Notes: generated by a model not told the origin, from the letters alone. A DNA stretch of 64,000 nt from Proteromonas lacertae (GCA_002245135.1 NGBS01000300.1:62001-126000); one strand, 5' to 3'; counted from the first letter of the stretch, positions 1 through 11,920 are shown. Made by a program: numbers and translations.

Positions 1-377
1 TCAATACTCTACCCATGATTTCTTCAGCTACTCCATTGTTGTATGTTTCAGCATTATCAAAATAATTAATACCATTTTCAAATGCTGTCTATTGCTTTTT
101 AAAAAAGTATAAATATACTTTCATTAAGTCATACGCAAGTGATTCATTAACTTGAATTCCAAACGTCACCCAAGCTCCAAATCCTAAACGACTAACTTTC
201 AACCCAGTATTTCCTAAATAACTGTAAAGCATTTTAGGTTTAGTTTCCTAATTACATAATTAAAGTACAAAACAATACAAAAATAGCTGTACAACTCTCT
301 ACACCACAAAATTCATTGTCTGACGCAAAGACTGAGATGATAAATATCATGTAGAATGAGAAAATCAACATTTTCAT
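1..377 (-). CDS. Aldo-keto reductase, voltage-gated K+ channel beta-subunit-like (5' part; runs off window)
   Basis: Manual splicing (GT-AG introns 248-278 and 89-118) gives MKMLIFSFYMIFIISVFASDNEFCGVESCTAIF-ETKPKMLYSYLGNTGLKVSRLGFGAWVTFG...AFENGINYFDNAETYNNGVAEEIMGRV, the Kv-beta/AKR6 N-terminal signature. Confidence 0.85.
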
Positions 378-452
378 TTTCTATTATTTTGAAACGATCA
401 TATTTTTGAAACAAAAAATACTAAAATCTAAATGAATCGTTAAATATATAAT

Positions 453-1444
453 TTAATTACAAAAATATTTCTTATAAAAGTTATTTATCCTGATATCTCT
501 CTCTTTCATTAGTTGTTTCAGTCTTTTCTCACCTACGGTTGGTAATTTTTTAAATTTTGATTTATTCTCATTAATTCTAACTTTAGCTTTTTTAACTGCT
601 TTTTTAACAGTAACAGTCTCTTCTGGCATCTCTTTCAATATCTTACTTTCTATTTTGCTCTTGTTTTCATCACTTTTACTAATCTCTTTTATTTCTTTCT
701 TTTCAATTGGAATTCTACTAAATATTTTGGCTTTTTCATTCAATTCTTTCAAATTCTTTTCTATTTTCTCATTTCTTATTTTATAATCATTCTCGTTATT
801 ATAGTTTTTACTTTTATTATAATCATTTATTCTTACTTTAGCTAATTCTCTTCCAGCAATGTAATTACCAGAGTTTGCTTCTATTTGGAGAATTTCTTCG
901 TTTATTTTATGATTTATTAAATTTTCTGTAGGTATAAATTTTGTTTCAGATATTTCAATTGTTTTTTTATTCTTTGATTTTAATTTTGGTTTTGGTATTC
1001 TACTTTCTTTTGACTTTGATTGTATATAGGATGTTTCATTTGGCGAACTTACTAGTTCTTCAATGATTTTCATCATTTCAGAATCAATGTTTGGATTTTT
1101 ATGGTTTATAGTTGAAAAATTATCTTCTTTTGATTTATTTTTATTATTATTATTTTTTGTGGATATATTTGGCTCATTAAATATTATATCATCATAATTT
1201 TCACTTACATCTGGTGGTTTCTATATAAAACGATAATATTAAAATAGAATACATTTATTGTATCTAAATCTTCAATAAGTAATTGATATCGCTTTTGGAC
1301 ATCATCCAAAAAACTATTAATATCATCTGCTGCTGATTCTTTTAATGAGTTTTGCCAATCACTATTATAATTGGTTGAATATCTACTATCAGCGTCATCT
1401 AAATCATTCTCATGTAATAATCTCTGAAATTCTTCGTAGTTCAT
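453..1444 (-). CDS. Hypothetical K/E/N-rich protein, 2 exons
   Basis: ORFs 1205-1444 and 453-1076 join in frame through a 32-nt GTA...TAG intron at 1221-1252. No family recognised. Confidence 0.65.
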
Positions 1445-1515
1445 GCGTAAATGAGTTTTAAAAAATTCAAACTGTCAAACTCTAGGCTTGATTTGAGAAT
1501 TATTTTTTTTTGAAA

Positions 1516-2370
1516 ATGTCTCAATTTGACGAATCTGAATTTGCAGAAATACCCTTTTCTTCTACAGGAGTAGATAAAATCGATGAAACCAATTCCAACT
1601 TAATAGATGGAGATATAGAAGCAGGAGTGCCAATGAATACTCCTAGTCAGCAGGAAAAGCCATCTTGGTTTAGTTTATCAAGATTGACAGGATTAAAAAC
1701 TGTATAATGCAATTTTCTATTAGATTAGTACTTTGATTTCGATACAGTTGAAATCACTGAACGAATTCGTCGAGCAGCATTTCCATTAAAAAGAGAAATG
1801 TCATTTTTTAGATATACTGAAAATAAACCCGATTTGTATGATGTTTATAGATATTTATTCTTTTAGATATGGACCATTCTGGATTGCAGCTACTTTAATC
1901 TTTGCAATTAGTTTATGTTCAAATTTAAATTCATATTTAATAACTTCTGAAAGAAATGCATGGTATTTAAATTATGAAAATTTCTCAGTTTCATGTACAT
2001 TGGTTTATTTTTATATTTTAATCATTGCTGGAGTGATATATGGATATAGTACAGTATTTAATTTAGATTTGAGGTTTACAAGTCTCCTCTGTTTATTTGG
2101 ATATTCATTATTGCCTTACATTCCAGCTGTTGTTTTATCTGTTATTCCATATAGCATATTGATATATTTGTTCTTGATATTAGCATTTTTATATCAAGGA
2201 TACTTCTTATACTTAGATTTTTGGCCATTGTTCCAAGTATAGATATTTTATTATTATTATTATTTAAATAGGATCGTGCTCCTACTCATAGTATGATATT
2301 AATGGGTATTATTGGAGTTGTTAACTTCTTCTTTGCTTTAATGATCAAATTTTATTTTTTCAGTAATTAG
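1516..2370 (+). CDS. Yip1-domain Golgi membrane protein (YIPF1/2-like), 4 exons
   Basis: Introns 1702-1728, 1836-1866 and 2237-2271. The spliced protein has YFDFDT...KPDLYGPFWIAATLIF, LCLFGYSL..YIP and a C-terminal KFYFF. Confidence 0.9.
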
Positions 2371-2523
2371 TTGAAATGAATTACTTTTACTTGAATATAT
2401 TGATTTTATGTTGTTAGGATATAAATAATATTACATATTATCGTTTTATTTAATTTCTGAAAAGAATGTCGTTTCATTGTGTTTCTTTTCATTTTTAATT
2501 CTTCTTCATTATTTCATTTCCAA

Positions 2524-4390
2524 ATGGCATGTGCTAAAAAGAGATATTATGTTGTATGCTTTTGTATGGCTGGATTTTTATGTGTATTCAATCCTTAAAA
2601 TAGTTTCAATTGTAGACATATTTAATGAGGACATCATTTTCTGTAACAACGATAGCAATGAGCGAAGAATATCACTGGGATGGTATAAATGCATTATGTG
2701 ATATTTAGAACACACAAAAGGTTCAATTTTATCGTCTTTCTTCTGGGGATATATTATTCTACTAGTTCCAGGTGGTATATTGTCTAGAAAATTAGGAGGA
2801 ACATATCATTTTGAGAATTGTTAATGTTCTTGTTATTTTCTTAATTATTGTACTAAATTAACAGAATATTGTACATTAATATCATCAGTACTATGTATGT
2901 TTATACCGACAATTTCAAAGAATTCTACAATGATGTATACTCAATTAATCATATTTCTTTATATAATAGAATGTTATTCAATTGTATATCAGGTTTAGTA
3001 GGAGCATTAGCTTACCCATCTATATCAGTATTAACATCTCAATGGGCACCTGTCAATGAAAGGTCAATTCTTTGTTCAATCGCAAATCTTGGATCACCAT
3101 TAGGTTTAACGTTTGGTGCATTGTTTACTGGTCAAATTGTTGATAGTTCTCTTGGTTGGAGAAGTGTATATTATATCTATGGTAGTGTAGCAATAGTTTG
3201 GTTTATTATATTCTTCACGTAATATATATAATTATTATTCTGATTTAAAAATAGAACAGTATATCCATCTCCAGATAAAGATCCTTGTTTATCACAAGAA
3301 GAAAGATTATTATTCCAGAGAGAGAAAATTCCAGAAAGAGATATAGAAATGAATGTTCCATCACCAGAGGATCATAATAAAGATAATAATAATAACCATA
3401 CAAAAGAAGATATTTCAAAAGATACAGATTCATTAATACCAAAAAAAGAAAAGAAAGAAAAAAGACAAGGGAAAAGTAGAGCAGATAATGAAAAAGAAAT
3501 AGAAGAAGATGAAAGTAATAGACCAAGTTTAACAAGAGTAAGTTATTTAGAAGTACCAACCATTGTAATTCCTAAAGAAAGTGAAAATAGCAAAAAGAAA
3601 AGAAATATACCATGGAAAGCTATTTTTACACATAAATGTGTTTATGCTATGTATATAATTATATATATATATAACTTATCTTTCTTTTGTAATTAGATTT
3701 GTTATTCATTTCACTAATAATTGGTGTTTTTATACATTAATGACTTATTTACCAACATTTGTCAAATCTAAGTTTGATATTCCTACAGGTTATGCATCTT
3801 ATTTGTCAATGTATCCATTCATGAGTTATTCAATTGTGCAATTAATTATTGGATTTATAAGTGATAAAATGATTGCTTCAGGAATTACTGTATTAAGAAC
3901 AAGAAAGATAATATCTGCAATTGGATTTATTGTTACAGCCATTTTCCTTTTAATTCCAGTATATATATATATATATTTATTTATTTATTTTCTATTATAA
4001 TTGAAATAGTGTTTTGTAAATAACCTTCAAATATGTTTGATATCTTTGATAATATCTGTAGGTGTGACTGGATTACCATCTACTTCTTATTATGCTAATA
4101 TGATTGATATTAGTCCAGATTATAGTGGAATTATTGTTTCTATTTCAAATACATTTGCAACAATTCATATCATTTTTAAATCATTTATTCATTTTATTAT
4201 TCTCTTTAATTTATATTTTTTACCTGGTATTCTATCTCCTTTAATTACAGCTGCAATAATTGGACAAAAACCAACCAATTTACAATGGGGAATAGTGTTT
4301 GGTATTGCTTCAGTGTTGTGTTTATTTGCTTCAGTATTCTATTGTATATTTGCAGATTGTAATAAACAAAAAGAATTAAATGATTATTAA
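2524..4390 (+). CDS. MFS anion:cation symporter (SLC17/sialin/PHT4-like), 9 exons including two AT-AC introns
   Basis: GT-AG introns 2584-2615, 2683-2708, 2935-2969, 3219-3254, 3651-3696 and 3959-4009; AT-AC introns 2803-2853 and 4167-4223. Motifs: KGSILSSFFWGY, WAPVNERS, GWRSVYYIYG, IPWKAIFT, DISPDYSG..SNTFATIPG. Confidence 0.9.
2803..2853 (+). other. AT-AC (U12-type) intron 1, 51 nt
   Basis: Donor ATATCATTTT, branch-like TTTTCTTAAT (2836-2845), acceptor TAC. It contains an in-frame TAA, and removal restores SRKLGG-T-KLTEYCTLISSVLCMFIP. Confidence 0.85.
4167..4223 (+). other. AT-AC (U12-type) intron 2, 57 nt
   Basis: Donor ATATCATTTT, branch-like TTCTCTTTAAT (4200-4210), acceptor TAC. Removal restores the conserved SNTFATI-PG motif. 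There is no GT in the interval. Confidence 0.85.
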
Positions 4391-4470
4391 TATTCGTATT
4401 ATTTAAATGATTTTATTCCCCTTACAAAAACAAATATATTTTTAAAATATATTAATAAAAAACAGGTTAT

Positions 4471-6558
4471 TTAGCAGCAGCATTTTTTATTACAACTACT
4501 ACTTTCTTTACAACATTTGTCAGCACAACAACTACAATCTTTACAACTACAGTTATCAGCACATTTACCATCTGTACATTTGCAAACACCATCACAACCA
4601 CATTCTTTACAATTACATGAACTTGAACATTTTCCTCCTACACAACAAGAACCACGACAAACTCCTTTACAATTTCTTCTTCCACCTCTTAATAATGGAA
4701 TAATTTTATTTAAACTTTCAATATTATTCTCTAAAACCAATAAAGTGTTTTGACTTACACCAACTTTACATATATCTAATAAATTCTCAATTTCACCTCT
4801 TAATCTATTAACTCTATCCAAATGGTTCTTTTCATCCATTAATAAACATTTATTATTATTCTTACTGCCATATCCAATGAATTGTAATGGTCCTGGATTC
4901 TCATATTCATCATTAACTGCCCATCTTTCTTCATTTCTCTTATAAGCTCTGTAACTATCACCATGTAAGCTAATCTTAGATGGTTCAATAAAGCATCTAC
5001 CACTAGCATCAGCTTCCCAGTCATTCATCAACATATTGAGTGGAATACCAACTACTTTCCATTTACATACTTCTTCATTTAAGTTATAAATTGATACTAA
5101 ACATCCTGTAATTCCACTCATTATTAAACTACCAGCACCATAACCACATGAATAACCTAAATCACAATCAAAGTTACTAGGTAAGGATGATCTTTCTTTA
5201 TAACCTAAATAGTTAGTTACTGGGCTAAATGCTCCATTATATTTACCTAACTTCTTTCTATGATTTAATTCTCTTTTAACTAATTCGGCGAATAATTTTT
5301 CAGTACTAATTTGTGATAATTGAATATTACCTCTTGATTCTCTTTCCTTTAATAATTGACTTTGAATTATGGTTGGTAAACTTTCATATAATGCTCTTGA
5401 CCATGGTGTTAAATTCTTATTAATCTCATTCTCTTTCTTTCCATTATTCAATAATTCGTTTAGTTCATTAATTAAAGTCTTTAATTCGTGGATGTTTTCA
5501 ATATAACCTTCTGGAATTAATACAACACCAAAGTCTCTGTTACATTGTTCATGTCTTTTCACAACTAAATCAGCTAATTTACTAATAACTCCACCTAAAC
5601 TTTCATGGTTTCTATTAGCTTCTTCTCCTAATAATAACATATTTGGATGAGTTTCTAAAGCACATTCTAATGGAATATGACCTGATTTTCTACCCATTAA
5701 TCGAATAAAGTAATAATATTTCTTAGCTGAATTACCATCAGTGCATAAATTACCTATCAATTCACTGTATACTCTACAAGCTGTATCAAATCCTACAGTT
5801 GTTTCTACAAGTTTAGATTTCATATCTCTAGTGATAGTTACTGGTACACCAATTACTCTTGTCTTAATACCTGTTGCTACGAAGTATTCAGCAAGATGAG
5901 CTGCATCTGTGTTAGTGTAACATCCTCCGATTAAAACTAAACCATCTAAACCTAATTTTTCACATGTCTTTCCTGCTAATTCTTGTTCTTCACCATCACG
6001 GATTTTATCAGCTGCTCTACCAATCAAATCGAAACCTCCTTGATTTCTGTAAGTTGATAACATTTCGTCGGTGATTTTGACATAGCTAGCTTGGAATAAA
6101 CCAGCAGTTCCACCAATGAAACCATATAATTCGGATTTTGGATTTGAAGCTTTTAAAAAGTCATATAAACCACTGATGACATTGTGACCACCTGGAGCTT
6201 GACGTCCACAGAATAAAATACCAACTTTGAGTTGTTGACAGTCTAATTCTTTATCTGAAACTGATAAGCTGACCATTGGGTATTCACATGTATTTGGGAA
6301 GTTTTCTTTAATTAATGGACTTGGTTCTGATCCAACAATTTCGCATGGCTATAAAAAAATAAATTAATAAAAAAATTGCATTTAAAGTGAATATATAATA
6401 TTAGATACTTGTATTTTCTTTGGATTTGCTAAGACATCTGGCAATCTGGGATGATAAGCTAATCTTTCTTTTTCAAGAGAGCTCATATCATCTTTACTTC
6501 TATTGCCTGGCTTGATGACAACCTTGATACCATCTTTATTTGTGAATGTAGTTGACAT
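4471..6558 (-). CDS. PPi-dependent phosphofructokinase, alpha-like (probably non-catalytic/regulatory) subunit with C-terminal metallothionein-like Cys-rich tail
   Basis: ATG 6558, intron 6349-6408. Motifs GRQAPGGHNV, TVGFDTA and FIRLMGR are present. Catalytic motifs are altered (GGCYTNT for GGDDSNT; PVTITRD for PKTIDGD), as in plant PFP-alpha. Confidence 0.88.
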
Positions 6559-6676
6559 TTGTTACTAAAAAAAGCTTCAAAAAATCTAAATCTAAATTGA
6601 TAAAAATGATTGGCTTGTTACTCAATTTCGCATCTTCTAGACATTTCTAAATACTATCTTATCTAATTTCATAAGA
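6559..6676. promoter_or_regulatory. Probable bidirectional promoter between PFK alpha and beta genes
   Basis: Only 118 bp separate the divergent ATGs. Contains ATTTAGATTTAGATTTTTTGAAG (minus strand) and GATTGG (CCAAT-like). Confidence 0.55.
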
Positions 6677-8331
6677 ATGAGTACATTGCAATTAGCAAGA
6701 AGAACAGCAAAGCCAATATTGCCAAGTGTATTCTCTAAATCATTTGCAGTTGTTGACAACACAGAGAAGAAAGTCACAAATGATCGTATAAACTTGATTT
6801 TCTAATTTCATTAATAGCAAAAATTGATGAAATATTCACTAACACCCATGCATTACCACCAGTTATTGTAAAAGAAAGTTCTAAACCAGATGAACGTAAA
6901 AAATTAAATTTAGCTGTTGTTTTATCAGGAGGTCAAGCTCCAGGAGGTCACAATGTCATTGCTGGTATTTATGATTATTGCAAACAAAATGGAGGTAAAA
7001 TGTATGGTTTCTTGAATGGTCCACATGGTGTATACACTTGTGAATATAAAGAAATTGATGATGAATTCATGAATAAGTTCAGAAATATGGGAGGATTCGA
7101 TATGATTGGTTCTGGAAGACACAAGATTGAAACACCCGAACAATTTGAAGGTTCAGTCAATGCTGCTAAGAAATTAGATTTAGATGGTATTATTATCATT
7201 GGAGGAGATGATTCAAACACAAATGCTGCAATTTTAGCTGAAGAATTCAAAAAGCAAGGATGTAAATGTAAAGTAATTGGTTGTCCAAAGACCATTGATG
7301 GCGATTTAAAGAATGAATTTATTCCAATATCCTTTGGATTTGATACAGCCACAAAAACATTTTCAGAAGAAATTGGTAATATTTGTTCAGATGCTATTTC
7401 ATCTCAAAAATATTGGCACTTTATTAGATTAATGGGAAGATCAGCAAGTCATGTGACATTAGAATGTGCATTACAAACTCATCCAAATGAAACAATCATT
7501 GGTGAAGAAGTAGCTGAAAAGAAATCAACTTTAAAAGATATATCTACACAAATTGCCAATACAATTGTGAAGAGAAGTAAAGATAATAAAGATTATGGTG
7601 TTGTATTATTGCCAGAAGGTTTAATTGAATTTATTCCAGAAATGGGAACTTTATTACAAGCTATTAATGAAATATTAGCAACAAACACTGAAGGAAATAA
7701 TAAAGATCCTGAAGTTATTGCTAAGAAATTACCTAATAAAGAATTACATGATTTATTCATCTATTTACCATCCAATATTCAACAACAATTGTTAATGGAT
7801 AGAGATGCACATGGTAATGTTCAAGTATCTATGATTGAAACTGAACAATTAATCATAGGAACTGTCTCTAAAGAATTAGAAGAATTAAAGAAACAAGGTA
7901 AATACAATGGAACATTTACAAGTCAATGCCACTTCTTAGGATATGAAGGTAGATGTGGTTTACCATCATTGTTTGATAGTACATATTGTTATACATTAGG
8001 CTATAATGCTGGTGCTTTAGTTAATGCTGGTAAGACTGGTTTAATGAGTTATGCTAAGAATATTGATAAAGATCCTAAAGATTGGGAAGTTGGTGGTGTT
8101 CCATTAACTAATATGATGAATATTGAGAGAAGAAATGGTAAAGATAAGCCAGTTATTGCTAAAGCATTAGTTACATTGAAAGGTGCTCCATTATCATTCT
8201 TCTTGAAACACCGTGAAGAATGGGCTGTTGGCGATCATTATAGAAATCCAGGACCTATTCAATTTGAAGGTGAAAGTGCTAAAGAAGTGAATATTACTTT
8301 ACAATTAGAATGTCAAGCTCATCATTTGTAA
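6677..8331 (+). CDS. PPi-dependent phosphofructokinase, beta (catalytic) subunit
   Basis: ATG 6677, intron 6786-6817. Motifs SGGQAPGGHNV, GGDDSNT, PKTIDGD, FGFDTA, RLMGRSASH and GYEGR. Confidence 0.95.
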
Positions 8332-8407
8332 TAACGATAATTATTTAATCTGTTTTTTTATTAGGGGTATATTTGATAATGAACAAAAATAAAAAATAAA
8401 TATGAGT

Positions 8408-8854
8408 TTATTTATAATCTTTCTTCTCCTCTGCATTTGACGGATGTTTCTCACTACTTTTGTGTTCTTCTACTTCATCATCACTGTCAGTTGCATCTTC
8501 ATCGTCGTCTGCACTATCATCTTCAGAAGATTCTTCGGATCCAGAAGAACTAGACTCTTCTTCCTCTTTGCCTTCATCATCATCTTTAGATTCTTCTTCA
8601 TATTCATCTGGATCTGGTTCACCTAGCTTTTCTGCTATACATTCAGGAATAATTGCTTTATATTGAAGTAGTATTTTATTTTTTGGTTCTTTTTTCAATA
8701 CTAACAATAATATAATTCCAAAACTAATACATTGTTCAACTAAAGCCATAGCTTCTTTATATTGATGGTTATTCATCATTTCCATTAACTATAGTAATAA
8801 TTATATTTCATAAAATACTTTATATTGTTCTGATACTTCTATATGTAGAGACAT
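8408..8854 (-). CDS. Small TPR-like plus acidic-tail protein (ERICH2-like)
   Basis: ATG 8854 and two ~30-nt GTA...TAG introns. The spliced protein has MMNNHQYKEAMALVEQLLKKEPKN followed by a D/E/S-rich tail. Family assignment is by recollection only. Confidence 0.6.
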
Positions 8855-8926
8855 TTCAAAATAAGCAAAATGAATTTGAATATTTGTTTGACTATACTCA
8901 AGCTTTTTTTGAAAAAAACGTTCGTT

Positions 8927-11384
8927 ATGACTGATAATAAGGATCACACATATATTTACGGAATAGATTTGGGAAGTTACTATACAGTTGTGTCTAAATG
9001 CATAATGTCTTCTAACAACTGTAAGATTGATATTTTACAAAACTGTTTGTTTCACAGATTAACACCGTATTAATATAATTGTATTGTGACTATTAATAGT
9101 AATTGCGTTGTAGTTCATGATAAACAATACTTTACAGGGGATTCTGCTCAAAGACTTGTATTTGTTGTAATATATTTATTATATGTATAGCAAAAAAGAT
9201 ACAATAAAGAATATTATACATGTGATTTGAGTTATTTGGGAAGAAAGAAAAATGAGACAGAAGAAGAAAGATTCACTCATTATCCAATGGTCTTCACCAA
9301 AAATGATCCAATGCAAATACGAATAAAAGAAAAAGACATTGCATATGAAGAACTGTTATATTTCTTATTAACTGATGCAAAGAAAGTAATGACAAAAAGC
9401 CCATCATTAAGAGAAGAAATAGATTTAAGAAATTACAATAACTTAATTACAATATCAGTTCCATCTTTTTTCAACAACAATCAAAAGAGTATTATTCAAA
9501 ATATTGGAGAATTGATATTTAATACTGATAATAATACAAAAAGTCCATTGAGAGGTGTAAATACTTTAAAGACAGTGAAAAAAACTTCACTCTACACATT
9601 ATACACATTTGAAGCAATTGCATATACATATGGTTATGAGAATAATTTAAAATTTACTGGATTACCTTCTTATCGATTATTCATTGATATGGGTTATAGT
9701 TGTTGTACTTGCTTTTTAGTGAAATATACTAAAGATGAATGTAAAATTGAAAGTTGTTATTACGATGAAAGTATTGGTGGGAAATTTATTGATGTTTGGT
9801 TATATAAACGTTTAGAGGAGAGAGTAAGAATTCAATTACCTGAAGTAAATTTAGATAATAATGTAAAGTTTAAAGTAGCAATAAAAAATGAATTAATGAA
9901 ATCCAAAGAAAAATTGTCAGCTGCAGGAGCTTCTGAAGTTGTTGTTCGAATTGAGTTAGGAGAAGATGATTTTGAAGGAACTTTTTCTGTGAAAGATATA
10001 GAAGATATATTAATAAAAGAGAAAAAAATAGATGAGAAAATTATTAATTTAACAACAAAAGCAACTTCATTATCTTCACTTTCACTAAAAGATTTTCAGA
10101 TAGTCGTTGTTGGTGGATCAATGAGAATTCCTTGCATTCAAAAAAGTATCTTGAATTATTGGAGTAAAAGAGATAAAAATATTACAAGTTTAACATATAC
10201 ATTGAATATGGATGAAGCTGTTGCATGTGGATGTGTTGTTAATTCATTGTTTTCTTCTACATCATACAAATTTAATTCTTGTAAAGTTGGTAATATAAAC
10301 CAAACAAATACAATTCAAGATGATAATAACTATAGAAATAGAAACTCAGCATATTATGAATCACTTAAGAAATTCTTTATAGAAATTGAATATAGTAATA
10401 ACATGGTTATTGAAGGATCAAAATTACAGAATGACTATGAAGCATTATTATATAAATACCAACATATGTTTGAGGAGATAGAAAATAGTAAATTTAATAA
10501 ACAATTAGCTTACTTATTAGAAGAAATAAAGGTTGTTCATAATAAACCAAGTGAAGATGCAATAACATATTATAATACACACACACAACATTTGAACTTA
10601 CAGCTAGCAGGGTTTTTAGAATATTATAATACTGAAAAAGAAAATATAGTAAAAGAATTGAAGAGAGCGATTAATAGAAAAGAAGATAAAATGATTGGAA
10701 ATTTAAGTAAAATATATAATCCAATGATAGAAAACCCAAACAATTATTCCATTCCTCAGATAAAAGAAGCATTGAAAGAAGTTAATACTAAGAATCCAGA
10801 TAAAATAATTTCAAGTAGTGAACATTACTCTAAACAGGAAGATATAGTTGATAATACAATTAAAATGGGAAAGGAAGGAAGAGAAAATTTCGTACAACAA
10901 CAACAATGTGATATGAGTAAACAGAAAGGTGGTAGTAATCCACATGAAAATTATCATTATCGTAGTAGTCATTATGGAAGTAAAGATGTTAGTGATGGAT
11001 ATAATAATTCAGGACATCAACAACAATTTCAACACAATGGTAGAAATAATGTTCAACCTCAACCTTGTATTTATAATGATGGTAAACATGCTGCAATAAA
11101 ACCACCATCACAACATCATCAACAACAACAACCTCCACCAAACAGAGCATCACCTACTATTGAAGAAACTAAACATGAATTTATTGCTAGACATTCACCT
11201 GAACCACCTGTTAGAGTATATCAATCCCAAAGAACTACTCAAAAAAAAGATAAAACATATGACAATGCGAATATAGATAAGAAAAAACTAATCAAAAATC
11301 CAACAACAATTTAATCAACAAAATAATAGAGGATTTGGTGATAGAGGTTATAATATTAAAACTAATCAGAGTACTTATCATTAA
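8927..11384 (+). CDS. Divergent Hsp70/Hsp110-family protein with Q/N/H/P-rich tail (0-frame stop at 11314; +1 extension to 11384)
   Basis: ATG 8927 and two GT-AG introns near 9068-9100 and 9158-9190. Motifs YGIDLGS, FIDMGYS, VVVGGSMRIP and TLNMDEAVACG. Confidence 0.8.
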
Positions 11385-11494
11385 TAGATACATGCTAATC
11401 TTTGGTTATTATTTTTTAAAAATATCAATCCCACAAATAATTATTAATAATAGTTTAACAAAAATGATTAGATATAACAATTTACATGATTGTT

Positions 11495-11920
11495 TTAATC
11501 TTCTTTTCCCAACTTCACTGTGATTTTGTAATTATCATATTTCTCTTTTAATCTTTCCAAAGTCTAGTTTATAACATCATAAAACAAGAAATTATACCTT
11601 TTCTACCTTTTGTAATTCACCAGTTAGATAATCTGCATCAGCTTTTTGTCCAGAATCCTAAAGATATAAATACAGAAATATACTAAAGCCCAATCACGTT
11701 GGTATTTAATATTCTCAATAGAAGTTTCATACGAATCGATTTTCTAGTATATCATTATTTGTATATTTTATACCTTTTTCAATTCAGTCTTCTTCTTCAG
11801 CTGAATATAAACATGACCAACAGACCAGAATTTAAAACTACCTGTATGATAAAATACAAAAGCAGTTAAGAATATAACCACAACAATAGGAAAATATAAC
11901 AAAAAATTCAAGATCCACAT
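11495..11920 (-). CDS. Small hypothetical protein with N-terminal hydrophobic anchor and coiled coil, 4 exons
   Basis: Three GTA...TAG introns give a continuous ORF: MWILNFLLYFPIVVVIFLTAFVFY...QLKKKTELKK-KIDSYETSIENIKYQRDWAL-DSGQKADADYLTGELQKVEK-TLERLKEK...KED*. Confidence 0.7.

Noticed and set aside
6349..6408. GTATCT-starting 60-nt PFK-alpha intron as a GT-AG U12 intron
   Set aside because: The donor GTATCTAAT matches only 5 nt of the consensus and there is no clear CTTAA branch site.
11335..11523. ORF 11335-11523 as a gene or as the Hsp110 continuation
   Set aside because: It has a TTG start, is AT-rich and UTR-like, and overlaps the convergent gene end. The +1 frame fits the Hsp110 tail composition better.
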